From assembly GCA_965140355.1 (NCBI GenBank), contig OZ223191.1, positions 263,185-327,184 of the forward strand: 64,000 nucleotides of DNA. Reading direction: 5' to 3'. Position numbers and translations under genes: made by a program. This stretch comes from an uncultured Acetobacterium sp. Lineage in GTDB: Bacteria; Bacillota; Clostridia; Eubacteriales; Eubacteriaceae. Positions within the stretch are counted from its first letter, which is position 1. Every line of letters starts with the position of its first letter. The notes under the pieces are model-generated. The model was not told where the DNA came from. It saw only the letters and a list, made by a program, of their open reading frames with translations, and ran no database searches. Positions 1 through 9,944 of this stretch are shown here, piece by piece.

Positions 1-2
1 CA

Positions 3-569
3 CCATGTAGTCATTTGATTAATCCTAAGATTTTGTTTAAAGATTTATCAGCGATGACTGCTGATAATACCACAGTGGTCGGTGATGTGGGATTAAATCA
101 ATTTTGGTCAGCGCTTTATTATCGGATTATTAAGGAGCGTAAATATTTTACATCCGGTGGTTTAGGGACGATGGGTTATAGTATTCCAGCTGCTTGCGGA
201 GCCTGTTTTGCAACTTTAGATAAACCCAAAGAGATATTTGTGGTTTGTGGTGACGGCAGTTTCCAGATGAGTATGGGTGAATTAGGTGTGATTGCTGAAC
301 ACCAGTTAAATGTAAATATAATTTTAATTACGAATACAAAATTAGGTATGGTTCGACAGTTGCAATTTGACTTTTATGGAAAAGGTCATTATAGCGGAAC
401 GGATATCGATTTTGATATTGATTTTATGAAATTAGCTGAAGCCTATGGCATAAAAAGTTTCAAGGTAGATAAAAATGAAGAGTTTAATAAAATTCTGCCG
501 GAAGCGCTTAAACATCAAGGGCCAACCTTGATTCAATGCCAGGTTCATCCAGATTTCATTAGAATTTAG
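3..569 (+). CDS. ilvB: Acetolactate synthase large subunit, C-terminal part (gene begins before the window)
   Basis: Frame is open from the window edge; TPP-binding motif GDGSFQM...N and SGGLGTMGY; followed by the small subunit. Confidence 0.9.
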   Translation, partial: PCSHLINPKILFKDLSAMTADNTTVVGDVGLNQFWSALYYRIIKERKYFTSGGLGTMGYSIPAACGACFATLDKPKEIFVVCGDGSFQMSMGELGVIAEHQLNVNIILITNTKLGMVRQLQFDFYGKGHYSGTDIDFDIDFMKLAEAYGIKSFKVDKNEEFNKILPEALKHQGPTLIQCQVHPDFIRI

Positions 570-574
570 GGAGA

Positions 575-1078
575 GTGACGATGGAGAAAAAAACCTGCTT
601 ATCATTATTGGTAGAAAACAATTTTGGCGTGCTTAGTCGGATATCGGGGCTTTTTGCAAGACGCGGTTATAATATTGACAGTCTAACTGTAGGGACAACT
701 GAGAACGCTGAGCTCTCACGGATTACCATCACTGTAACGGGTGATGAACAAGTTTTGACCCAAATTAAAAAACAGTTAAATAAACTCATTGATGTGATTA
801 CCGTTATTGAACTAAAACCCGACGAGGCAATTATTAGAGAACTGGTGTTCATTAAGGTTAAAGCCGATGATACGACCCGATCTCAGATTGTTGAAATTGC
901 CAATATGTTTCGGGCCAACATTGTTGATGTAGCGAGAGAGAGCTTGGTCATTGAAATTACCGGAACGCGTTATAAAATCGAAGGTTTCTTTGATATGGTC
1001 GAACCTTATGGTATTTTGGAATTTGTTCGTTCTGGAGATACCGGTTTGCAGCGGGGCGGGAAGGTTTTAACCCACTAA
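575..1078 (+). CDS. ilvH: Acetolactate synthase small (regulatory) subunit; start may be ATG 581
   Basis: ACT-domain signature LVENNFGVLSRISGLFARRGYNIDSL; C-terminal GILEFVRSG. Confidence 0.95.
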   Translation: MTMEKKTCLSLLVENNFGVLSRISGLFARRGYNIDSLTVGTTENAELSRITITVTGDEQVLTQIKKQLNKLIDVITVIELKPDEAIIRELVFIKVKADDTTRSQIVEIANMFRANIVDVARESLVIEITGTRYKIEGFFDMVEPYGILEFVRSGDTGLQRGGKVLTH

Positions 1079-1104
1079 AAAAGTAAATTTGATCAGTTGA
1101 AAAG

Positions 1105-1146
1105 GACCGCTGGGAATTAATTTTCAGCGGTCTAAATATTTTTTTG
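1105..1146 (+). terminator. Probable intrinsic terminator after ilvH
   Basis: Stem GACCGCTG...CAGCGGTC followed by a T-rich tract. Confidence 0.65.
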
Positions 1147-1257
1147 CTATTTTACTTAAATTGGAAGCAAATGTACAATTTATTTTACTAAAAAAAGTGT
1201 ATAATTATAACGATCAATAGAAAAATGAATCTGCAGAGTTGAAAGGAGTTTTATCAT

Positions 1258-1791
1258 ATGAGTCATGAAACACATGAACATGAACATGGATGTGGTTGCG
1301 GCTGTCAGGATGGGCAAAAACAATTTGAAGAATTAACCCCAGTTTTGGATAATTACGCCGACATCCCCGGGAGTTTAATAACTATTTTACAGAAAGCACA
1401 GGAATTATATGGTTTTTTATCGGTAGAATTGATGCGCTATATCGCTATCGAAACCCATAATAGCATTGCGAAAGTATATGGTGTTGCGACCTTTTATACG
1501 CAATTTCGCTTTGAACCGGTCGGGAAATATTTAATTATGCTTTGTCAGGGGACTGCATGTCATGTTAATGGTTCAAAAATGATCGAAGAAGCAGTGATGG
1601 ACTATCTTGAAATCAAAGAAGGGGAAACAACAGCGGATGGACTATTCACCTTAAATAATGTCGCCTGTCTAGGCTGTTGTAGTTTATCACCGGTAATGAT
1701 GATTAATGATGATACCTACGGTCAACTAACTAAAGATAAGGTGAAACATATTCTTGCTGAAATAAAAGAAACCGAAAAAACTATTTCTTAG
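1258..1791 (+). CDS. stnA: NuoE/HydC-like [2Fe-2S] subunit of an Stn-type transhydrogenase (StnA-like)
   Basis: CQGTAC...CLGCC thioredoxin-like 2Fe-2S motif; operon with NuoF-like and GltD-fusion genes. Confidence 0.8.
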   Translation: MSHETHEHEHGCGCGCQDGQKQFEELTPVLDNYADIPGSLITILQKAQELYGFLSVELMRYIAIETHNSIAKVYGVATFYTQFRFEPVGKYLIMLCQGTACHVNGSKMIEEAVMDYLEIKEGETTADGLFTLNNVACLGCCSLSPVMMINDDTYGQLTKDKVKHILAEIKETEKTIS

Positions 1792-1802
1792 GAGGAAAAC
1801 AG

Positions 1803-3554
1803 ATGAAAATTGTTATTGGAGAAGGAAGCTGTGGTATTGCGGCAGGCGCCAATAAAGTTCAGGTCGCCTTTGAAGAAATAGTAAAAGAAAAGGGACTGGA
1901 TATTGCCATCGAAAAGACCGGCTGTATTGGGATGTGTTATCTTGAGCCGATTGTTGATGTGATTGACAATAAAGGCGAAAAAGTAACCTTTGTCAATGTC
2001 AGTGAAGCCGATGCTAAAAGTATTGTCAATGATTATATAATTAACCAAAATGAATTGCAGGAACTGCGAATATCCGAAGCTGATCTGGTCACAATCGGAA
2101 AACAGAAACGAATTGTCTTAAGAAACTCCGGTCTCATTGATCCAGAACGAATCGAAGATTATCTCGCAGTAGATGGCTATGTCGCGGCAAAAAAATGTCT
2201 TGTTGACTTGACTCCCGATGAGATTATCGAAACTATCAAAATTGCCGGTCTAAAGGGTCGTGGTGGGGCCGGATTTCCGACGTGGTTCAAATGGGATGCC
2301 GCAAAAAAATCAGCGGATAAAATAAAATACATGGTCTGTAATGCTGATGAGGGTGATCCAGGGGCATTTATGGATCGTTCAGTGCTTGAAAGCGACCCGC
2401 ATGCCCTGATCGAAGGGATGATCATTGGGGCCAAAGCGATTGGAGCCAATGAAGGAATCGTTTATGTTCGGGCTGAATATCCGTTGGCGATTGTGCGGCT
2501 TCAGAAAGCGATTAATCAGGCGCGGGAATCGGGCTATCTGGGAACGAATATCTTTAATACCGGTTTTAACTTTGATTTGCGAATTAAAGCGGGAGCAGGG
2601 GCCTTTGTGTGTGGTGAAGAAACGGCACTAATTGCCTCGCTTGAGGGTGAACGGGGCATGCCGCGGTTAAAACCACCATTCCCAGCGCAAAAAGGTTACT
2701 GGAATAAACCAACCAATATTAATAACGTTGAAACATTTGCAAATGTTTCATGGATCTTTAGAAACGGTGGCGAAGCTTATGCGGCTATGGGAACGAAAGA
2801 AAGCAAAGGAACCAAAGTATTTGCCTTGACCGGGAAGGTGGCACACGGTGGTTTGGTGGAAATCCCCATGGGATTAACACTAAGAGACGTTATTTATGAG
2901 ATTGGTGGCGGCATCAAAGAAAATAAGGCCTTTAAAGCAGTTCAAATGGGGGGGCCATCGGGAGGATGTATTCCGGCGGCACTGCTTGATACCCAAATTG
3001 ACTATGCTGAAATTACCAAAACGGGAGCGATTATGGGCTCCGGCGGAATGGTAGTTATGGATGAAACCACATGTATGGTTGATATGGCCCGTTTTTTTCT
3101 TGATTTTACCTGCAAAGAATCCTGTGGCAAATGTACTTATTGTCGGGTGGGAACGACGCGAATGCTGGAAATCCTTAACCGGATTACGCAGGGTGAAGGT
3201 CAAGATGGCGATATTGAATTATTGGAAGAACTTTGTTATAAAATCAAGGAAGGTTCAATGTGTGGCTTAGGTCAAACGGCACCCAATCCGGTTTTAACAA
3301 CGCTTAAATATTTTAGAAATGAATATGAAGATCATATTTATCATAAAAAATGTACGGCCAAAAGCTGTAAACCCTTGCTTACTTATTCCATCGATTCGGA
3401 AAAATGTGTTGGTTGCGGCGCTTGTAAAAAGAATTGCCCGGTAGCCGCCATTGAAGGTGAAAAGAAAAAAGTTCATGAAATTAATCAGGAACTGTGTATT
3501 AAATGCGGAAAATGTTTTTCGGTCTGCAAATTTGATTCCGTAATTGTAGATTAG
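1803..3554 (+). CDS. stnB: NuoF/HydB-like FMN/NADH-binding bifurcating subunit (StnB-like)
   Basis: GRGGAGFP, NADEGDPGA, GAGAFVCGEETAL, ESCGKCTYCR motifs; C-terminal 2x[4Fe-4S] domain. Confidence 0.85.
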   Translation: MKIVIGEGSCGIAAGANKVQVAFEEIVKEKGLDIAIEKTGCIGMCYLEPIVDVIDNKGEKVTFVNVSEADAKSIVNDYIINQNELQELRISEADLVTIGKQKRIVLRNSGLIDPERIEDYLAVDGYVAAKKCLVDLTPDEIIETIKIAGLKGRGGAGFPTWFKWDAAKKSADKIKYMVCNADEGDPGAFMDRSVLESDPHALIEGMIIGAKAIGANEGIVYVRAEYPLAIVRLQKAINQARESGYLGTNIFNTGFNFDLRIKAGAGAFVCGEETALIASLEGERGMPRLKPPFPAQKGYWNKPTNINNVETFANVSWIFRNGGEAYAAMGTKESKGTKVFALTGKVAHGGLVEIPMGLTLRDVIYEIGGGIKENKAFKAVQMGGPSGGCIPAALLDTQIDYAEITKTGAIMGSGGMVVMDETTCMVDMARFFLDFTCKESCGKCTYCRVGTTRMLEILNRITQGEGQDGDIELLEELCYKIKEGSMCGLGQTAPNPVLTTLKYFRNEYEDHIYHKKCTAKSCKPLLTYSIDSEKCVGCGACKKNCPVAAIEGEKKKVHEINQELCIKCGKCFSVCKFDSVIVD

Positions 3555-3568
3555 AAGGGAGTGGGAAA

Positions 3569-6500
3569 GTGAAAAAATATAACATAAACATTGATGGAAA
3601 AGAAGTAACGGGATATCCAGGGCAAACAATTTTAGCAGTGGCCCGCGAAAATAAAATTGATATTCCAACACTTTGCTACGATGAACGGCTGGAAATTTAT
3701 GGGTCCTGTGGCCTTTGTGTGGTAGAAGTTCAGGGGATTCCGAAAATTTTAAAAGCTTGTGCCACGGAAATTACGCCAAATATGATTGTCAATACTAGAA
3801 CTCCCCGAGTGATTGAATCACGAAAAACCAATCTGGAATTGTTATTGTCAAAACATATTGGTGATTGTGTGGCTCCTTGTAAACGCGCCTGCCCGGGGAC
3901 GACTGACTGTCAGGGCTATGTCGGACTGATTGCCAATGGTGAGTTTGAGGAAGCCCTGAAGCTGATTAAAGAACAATTACCGCTGCCCGGGGCGATTGGT
4001 CGGGTTTGCCCTCATCCCTGTGAAACCGCCTGTCGGCGCGGCGAAGTGGATGAACCGATTTCAATTGCCTGGCTCAAACGATTTGCCGCTGATTTCGATT
4101 TAACGCATGACATGTTTATGCCAAAGATCGCTAAAGCTACCGGGAAATCGGTGGGTATAATTGGCGGCGGTCCGGGCGGACTGACGGCAGCTTATTACTT
4201 GATTCAATCTGGCCATGCCGTCACAATATATGATGCGATGCCCAAAATGGGGGGGATGCTGCGTTATGGGATTCCTGAATATCGGTTACCTAAAGGTATT
4301 GTCGATGAAGAAGTTGGGCTGATTGAAGCGATGGGCGTGAGTTTTAAAAATAATCTTCGGATTGGCAAAGACATCAGTCTGGAAACGATTCGGAAAAGTC
4401 ATGACGCTGTTTTTATTGCTTTAGGCGCTTGGACCAGCTCAGGGCTTAGATGCGAAGGAATTGATGCTAAAGGTGTCATTGGGGGAATTGAATTGCTACG
4501 GCAGGTTGCCAATAATGAACCAATTGTGTTGGGTGAAAAGGTGGCTATTGTTGGTGGCGGAAATACCGCGATGGATGCTTGCCGGAGCGCTTTACGATTG
4601 GGTGCGAAAGAAGTTTATAATATTTATCGGCGAACTAAAGCGGAAATGCCAGCCGAAGAAATTGAGATAATCGAAGCTGAAGAAGAAGGCGTTATTTTCA
4701 AAAATCTGGCAAATCCGATTGAGGTCATCAAAGGTGAAGATGGCGAGATCGTCAAGATCAGGCTCCAAAAAATGGCATTGGGAGAACCAGATGCCAGCGG
4801 TAGACGAAGCCCGATTCCGATTGACGGAGAAGAAGAGATTATTGATATTGATACGCTGGTTTTAGCGATTGGCCAAGGCATTGATGCCAGTGGTTTTGAC
4901 GACCTGGAACTGACAAAATGGAAAACGGTATTAGCGGATGAAAAAACTTTCCGCACCAATTTAGAAGGTGTATTTGCGGGTGGTGATTGCATCAATAGCG
5001 GTGCTTCGATTGCGATAAAAGCTATCGGTGATGCAAAAAAAGCGGTTGCGTTTATAGAAGCTTATTTAAACGGTGAAACGATTGCTTATCACGAACCTTA
5101 TTATGTGATCCGAGAATCAGTTGATCAGGATTATTTGGAAGGTATTAAGAAAAATAAACGCCCGGTGATGGTTCATTTAACGCCAGATGCCAGAAATGAT
5201 AATTTTCAGGAAGTAGTCGAAGGTTATACACCATTACAGGCAGTTGAAGAAGGCAAGCGATGTCTTGAATGCGGTTGTCAGGATTTCTTTGAATGCAAGT
5301 TGGTGGCTTATGCCAATGAATATGAAGTCAAGCCTGAGCGCTTTAAGGGTAAAAATCCGGAAGCAAAAATACAAGATGATCATCCTTTTGTGATTCGCGA
5401 TAATAGCAAATGTATTACGTGTGGATTGTGTGTTCGTGTTTGCGACGAAATTGTCGGAGCTTCAGCGCTTGGCCTGGTAGATCGTGGTTTTGAAACAATT
5501 GTAGAACCGGCACTACGACAACCGTTAGCGGAAACGGGCTGTGTTAGTTGCGGGGTTTGTATCAGTGTGTGCCCGACGGGCGCGTTAAGAGAAGGATTGG
5601 TTGGCGTTAAACAAGTACCGATGGACACCAAGAAAACAGAATCAACCTGCGGTTATTGTTCCGCCGGCTGTCAGATCATTATTGAATCAAAAGGCGACAC
5701 CATCATTAAGGCGGTACCGCAAAAAAATTATGCCGAACTCAATCAGGGTGTTATGTGTGGACGTGGTCGTTTTGGGACGAATTTGGTGCAATGGGGTGAT
5801 CGTTTAACAACACCACTAATTCGAAACAAACAAGGAATATTGGAAGAAGCCAGCTGGTATGATGCTTTTGTAATGATTGCTAAAAAATCTCAGAGTATCA
5901 TTGCCCGTTATGGAAATGATGCTTTGAAAATGGGGATTTCACCTAAATATACAAATGAAGAAATATATATGATGACGGAACTGGCAAAAGTACTTCGGGT
6001 TGAGACGTTTAGCTTTTCCAATCGCGATTATGGCGAAAAAGCGGTTTTAACGGGAAGCTGTGCCGTTCATGATATGGAAGCAATTGTTACGGCCGATACG
6101 ATTCTGGTCTTGGGAATGCTGGCAGTGAATAATCCGATCATTAAATATAAATTAAGTCAGGCCTCAAAAAATGGTGCTAACATTTTGGTCATTAATCATC
6201 TCGAAAATGGGTTTGATCAGATCGGTGATGAATTTATTACCGACTGTGATGATTTAGAATTCTTGGCTGAAATTACCAAATATGTGATTGAAAATGGGAA
6301 ATTAAAGCAGGATTTAAAAAATCTGGACGGTCTCAAAGAATCACTCCAGCATTTGGATATTTGTGCAGAGGCAGAGGTTATCGGTGAAGGACTGGTGAAG
6401 GCCAAGAATCTAGTGGTGGTTATGGGTGATAAATACGTCACTGCAGAAGCTTCGGCATTGGTGGCTAATATCTTAGGGTTGTTGGATAAAACGGATGGTA

Positions 6501-7072
6501 TTAGAAGTGGGATCTTTAGAGTTGCGGTCAAAAACAACAGCCAGGGATTAAAAGCCTTAGGTGTTGTTAACTCAGCCAGCGTTTTAAACTCAGCCAAAGC
6601 GATGCTTCTTTTTGGTGAAGACCCCAATGCTGATTTAACCCAATATGATTTTTTGATGGTACAGGATACTCATTTGACAGATGCTGCCGCTAAAGCAGAT
6701 GTGGTGTTACCAGCATTGGCATTTCCAGAAGTGAACGGAACTTTTGTCAATACTGAAGGTCGATTATGTAAGGTTAAAAAAGCGGTTGATAATCCGTTGG
6801 GAATGAGCACTGTTAACATGGTTAAAGACATTGCAGGCATTTTGTCAACTGATTTAGGTTCGGCTTGTCCAGGCAAGATTTTAAAGACGGTCGGAGCAAG
6901 CAACACGGCGTTTGAAAATCTTAAAATTGGTGGAATGATCAAAACAAATGATAATTCATGTGAAGTGAAGTTAGTCCCTTATTCAGAAGGACGACTTTTT
7001 ACTGAGATTCCTTATACCGATTACCTCATGAACGAAATTCAGGGTAATTTAAATAAGGTCATTAAACACTAA
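3569..7072 (+). CDS. stnC: Large Fe-S flavoprotein: N-terminal 2Fe-2S, GltD/NfnB-like FAD/NADPH module, 4Fe-4S domain, FdhA-like C-terminal module (StnC-like)
   Basis: GSCGLCVV; GGGPGGL and GGGNTAMD dinucleotide motifs; CITCGLCVRVC; CGYCSAGC; no [FeFe] H-cluster motifs; architecture matches StnC. Confidence 0.75.
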   Translation: MKKYNINIDGKEVTGYPGQTILAVARENKIDIPTLCYDERLEIYGSCGLCVVEVQGIPKILKACATEITPNMIVNTRTPRVIESRKTNLELLLSKHIGDCVAPCKRACPGTTDCQGYVGLIANGEFEEALKLIKEQLPLPGAIGRVCPHPCETACRRGEVDEPISIAWLKRFAADFDLTHDMFMPKIAKATGKSVGIIGGGPGGLTAAYYLIQSGHAVTIYDAMPKMGGMLRYGIPEYRLPKGIVDEEVGLIEAMGVSFKNNLRIGKDISLETIRKSHDAVFIALGAWTSSGLRCEGIDAKGVIGGIELLRQVANNEPIVLGEKVAIVGGGNTAMDACRSALRLGAKEVYNIYRRTKAEMPAEEIEIIEAEEEGVIFKNLANPIEVIKGEDGEIVKIRLQKMALGEPDASGRRSPIPIDGEEEIIDIDTLVLAIGQGIDASGFDDLELTKWKTVLADEKTFRTNLEGVFAGGDCINSGASIAIKAIGDAKKAVAFIEAYLNGETIAYHEPYYVIRESVDQDYLEGIKKNKRPVMVHLTPDARNDNFQEVVEGYTPLQAVEEGKRCLECGCQDFFECKLVAYANEYEVKPERFKGKNPEAKIQDDHPFVIRDNSKCITCGLCVRVCDEIVGASALGLVDRGFETIVEPALRQPLAETGCVSCGVCISVCPTGALREGLVGVKQVPMDTKKTESTCGYCSAGCQIIIESKGDTIIKAVPQKNYAELNQGVMCGRGRFGTNLVQWGDRLTTPLIRNKQGILEEASWYDAFVMIAKKSQSIIARYGNDALKMGISPKYTNEEIYMMTELAKVLRVETFSFSNRDYGEKAVLTGSCAVHDMEAIVTADTILVLGMLAVNNPIIKYKLSQASKNGANILVINHLENGFDQIGDEFITDCDDLEFLAEITKYVIENGKLKQDLKNLDGLKESLQHLDICAEAEVIGEGLVKAKNLVVVMGDKYVTAEASALVANILGLLDKTDGIRSGIFRVAVKNNSQGLKALGVVNSASVLNSAKAMLLFGEDPNADLTQYDFLMVQDTHLTDAAAKADVVLPALAFPEVNGTFVNTEGRLCKVKKAVDNPLGMSTVNMVKDIAGILSTDLGSACPGKILKTVGASNTAFENLKIGGMIKTNDNSCEVKLVPYSEGRLFTEIPYTDYLMNEIQGNLNKVIKH

Positions 7073-7078
7073 AAAATG

Positions 7079-7122
7079 AAAACAGTTTAAAGGTCATTAT
7101 GACCTTTAAACTGTTTTTTTTT
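7079..7122 (+). terminator. Intrinsic terminator after the stn operon
   Basis: AAAACAGTTTAAAGGTCA-TTA-TGACCTTTAAACTGTTTT, an 18-bp perfect stem followed by a T run. Confidence 0.85.
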
Positions 7123-7219
7123 ATGTGATATATTGTTGTAAAAATCATCAAAAAATGGGAATATTTTAGCATATTTTTTGATGAATGTCTATCATAATGA
7201 TCAAAATAAATCGATAAAG

Positions 7220-7248
7220 TTGACAAGATCAAAATATTAGGCTATAAT
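7220..7248 (+). promoter_or_regulatory. Consensus sigma-A promoter upstream of the opu operon
   Basis: TTGACA (7220-7225), 17 bp spacer, TATAAT (7243-7248). Confidence 0.75.
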
Positions 7249-7568
7249 AATAAAAGGATACAATTAAATTGGTTTTAATGGTAGGCAAATTTATTCAAAA
7301 GAAGAGCTTTGTAATGGGAAAAAGTCTGAGATGTTAAAAATTTGATAAGGATAACTTATACACACTTGAAAAGTTCGTAAAAATTTAAAATACACGTTTA
7401 AATTATATTGTTCTATTTTTATATATTAAAGCAATAGCTAAATGGTGTTAGCGGCGATTAAATCATCGATTGGTTTTATCAATTACTACAACATAGAACT
7501 GTTGCTTTTTTTATTAGTTTAAATATGATTATGGCAAAAAAAATAAGCAGTGGAAAAGAAAGGAAATA

Positions 7569-8693
7569 TTGATGATACGTTTCGAAAACGTCAAGAAAAA
7601 ATTCGGTGATACAATTATTCTGAATAATATAAGTTTTAATATTGAACCAGGAGAATTTGTAGTGTTAATTGGTCCAAGTGGCTGTGGAAAAACAACAACT
7701 TTAAAGTCAATTAATCGGTTGATTACTCCAGAAGAGGGAAAAATATTTGTTAATGGACAAGATATTTCAAAAGTCAATCCAGTCAAACTCAGACGTAAGA
7801 TTGGTTATGTCATTCAGCAAATTGGCCTTTTTCCGAACATGACGATTGAACAAAATATTGGACTTGTTCCAAAACGGCTGAAATACGAAAAAAGCGAAAT
7901 TAAGAAAATTACCAAAGATTTGATGGATATGGTTGGTATGTCTTATGATGAATATGCTCATAAGTACCCGACCGAACTTTCGGGGGGACAACAGCAACGA
8001 ATTGGGGTACTACGTGCCTTAGCCGCATCACCGCCAATTGTATTAATGGATGAACCATTTGGAGCGCTTGATCCAATGACCCGAGCAACGCTGCAAGAAG
8101 AAATTGTCAAGTTGCAGAAAAAACTGAAAAAAACCATTGTTTTTGTTACCCATGATATGAATGAAGCTTTAGACTTGGCTGATAAGATCATTTTTATGGA
8201 GCGTGGTGAAATAGTTCAAATGGCCTCACCTGATGAAATGCTGGCGAATCCGGCTAATGATTTAATTCGTGATTTTATGCGAAAATCATCAGCCACTTCA
8301 GATCCGTTGAACTTAACGGCAGCCGATTTTATGCGGACGAATGCGATTAGTGTTTATAAAAAGAGAAGTATCCGTGAGTGTACGGATTTAATGGCGCGGC
8401 AACATATTGATTCACTTTTAATAAAAAACGAAGATGACACATATGCCGGGATCATTAGTATTAAAGACATTAAAAAACATGGAAAATCGTCAGGTTCGAT
8501 TGGTGAAATAACACCGTATGAAAATATTACTTCTGACATCACCGAAAATGCCAAAGACTCCTTTGATAAACTTTACAACTCTGGTGATAGCTATGTCGTT
8601 GTTTTAAATAATGATAAAACCATCGCTGGAATCATCTCCAAAACAAGCATGGCAACAGCCATGGCGGATACTTTGTGGGGGGATATGCAATGA
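7569..8693 (+). CDS. opuCA: Osmoprotectant (glycine betaine/carnitine/choline) ABC transporter ATPase with C-terminal CBS pair
   Basis: Walker A GPSGCGKTT, LSGGQQQR, MDEPFGALDP; CBS-like C-terminus. Confidence 0.85.
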   Translation: MMIRFENVKKKFGDTIILNNISFNIEPGEFVVLIGPSGCGKTTTLKSINRLITPEEGKIFVNGQDISKVNPVKLRRKIGYVIQQIGLFPNMTIEQNIGLVPKRLKYEKSEIKKITKDLMDMVGMSYDEYAHKYPTELSGGQQQRIGVLRALAASPPIVLMDEPFGALDPMTRATLQEEIVKLQKKLKKTIVFVTHDMNEALDLADKIIFMERGEIVQMASPDEMLANPANDLIRDFMRKSSATSDPLNLTAADFMRTNAISVYKKRSIRECTDLMARQHIDSLLIKNEDDTYAGIISIKDIKKHGKSSGSIGEITPYENITSDITENAKDSFDKLYNSGDSYVVVLNNDKTIAGIISKTSMATAMADTLWGDMQ

Positions 8694-9322
8694 GTTTCTT
8701 TGAAACATATGGCGATCGCTTGATTACTGCCATTCAAGTACATTTATTTTACGTATTGATCTCTGTTGCCATTGGATTTGTGGTTGCACTCATCCTGGGT
8801 ATTCTTCTGTCTCGTATTCCTCGCTACGCCAAAGTCATCATGCCGATTCTTTCGATCTTTCAGACAATTCCAGGGATTGTTTTTATTGGGATACTCTTTT
8901 TATACTTAGGGATGATTCCCGCAACGGTTATCACTGCTTTGGCAGTTTATTCAATTTTCCCTGTTCTTAAAAATACCTATACCGGATTATTGGATGTCAA
9001 ACCTGAATATATTGAAGCCGCCAAAGGGTGTGGAATGTCGCCGTTACAAACTCTGTTTGAAGTAGAGTTGCCATTAGCATCACCATCCATCATTACTGGT
9101 TTGCGGATGTCGACCATTTATACGGTTAGTTGGGCTGTTTTAGCAGCGATGATTGGCTTGGGTGGCCTGGGTGAATTTATTTATATCGGCATTGCCTCAA
9201 ATAATGACCAATTAATATTAGCGGGTGCGATTCCTTCAGCTATTATGGCGATTATTTTGAGTTTGTTAATTGACGTAATTCGTCGAGTCGTTGTTCCTAA
9301 AGGGTTAAGGAGTGTGAAGTAA
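8690..9322 (+). CDS. opuCB: Osmoprotectant ABC transporter permease
   Basis: Hydrophobic; EAAKGCGM EAA loop; GLGGLG motif. Confidence 0.8.
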   Translation: MSFFETYGDRLITAIQVHLFYVLISVAIGFVVALILGILLSRIPRYAKVIMPILSIFQTIPGIVFIGILFLYLGMIPATVITALAVYSIFPVLKNTYTGLLDVKPEYIEAAKGCGMSPLQTLFEVELPLASPSIITGLRMSTIYTVSWAVLAAMIGLGGLGEFIYIGIASNNDQLILAGAIPSAIMAIILSLLIDVIRRVVVPKGLRSVK

Positions 9323-9918
9323 TGGATTTTTCATTAGTATTTGAACATCTTTATCTGGTGTTGATGACGGTTTTGTTTTCCGTTATCGTAGGATTGCCAT
9401 TGGGGATTTTAGCTTATCTAAAACCCGCGGTTCGAAAAATTATTTTGTGGGCAGTTGAAATATTACAAACAATTCCGGCATTAGCCCTGCTTGGGTTGAT
9501 CATAATCGCTTTAGGTCCGGGAAAATTAACGGTTATTGCCGGACTGGTACTTTATTCACTGTTGCCGATTGTTCATAACACTTATATTGGTTTAGAAACG
9601 GTTGATAGTGGGATTAAAGAGGCAGGCAGAGGAATGGGATTAACGCAAGTTGATCGGCTCATTTCGGTTGAAGTACCACTTGCGTTTCCGATGATTTTTA
9701 CCGGTATTCGCATTGCGACAGTTACCACAATCGGGGTTGCTGTTTTTGCAACTTCAGTAGGAGGAGGTGGTTTAGGCGCTGTTATTTACCAGGGAATTCG
9801 AACTCAGAACATGGAATTAATTCTCTTTGGTACCGCAGCATTAATGATTATGGCAATATTTTTTGATGTTTTAATGATTTGGATTAATAGTCATTTGGTT
9901 AAACAAACATCAAATTAA
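9322..9918 (+). CDS. Osmoprotectant ABC transporter permease
   Basis: QTIPALAL, EAGRGMG, GGGGLG motifs; start overlaps the previous stop. Confidence 0.85.
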   Translation: MDFSLVFEHLYLVLMTVLFSVIVGLPLGILAYLKPAVRKIILWAVEILQTIPALALLGLIIIALGPGKLTVIAGLVLYSLLPIVHNTYIGLETVDSGIKEAGRGMGLTQVDRLISVEVPLAFPMIFTGIRIATVTTIGVAVFATSVGGGGLGAVIYQGIRTQNMELILFGTAALMIMAIFFDVLMIWINSHLVKQTSN

Positions 9919-9944
9919 AAACTGTTATGAAATGAAAAGAGAAT

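Noticed and set aside
1258-7072. HydABC [FeFe]-hydrogenase, complex I, glutamate synthase or formate dehydrogenase
   Set aside because: No H-cluster motifs, no membrane Nuo subunits, no GltB and no evident Mo/W ligand motif; the domain order fits Stn better.
7249-7571. c-di-AMP (ydaO) riboswitch upstream of the opu operon
   Set aside because: The conserved ydaO motifs are not recognisable; kept only as an unexplained long leader.
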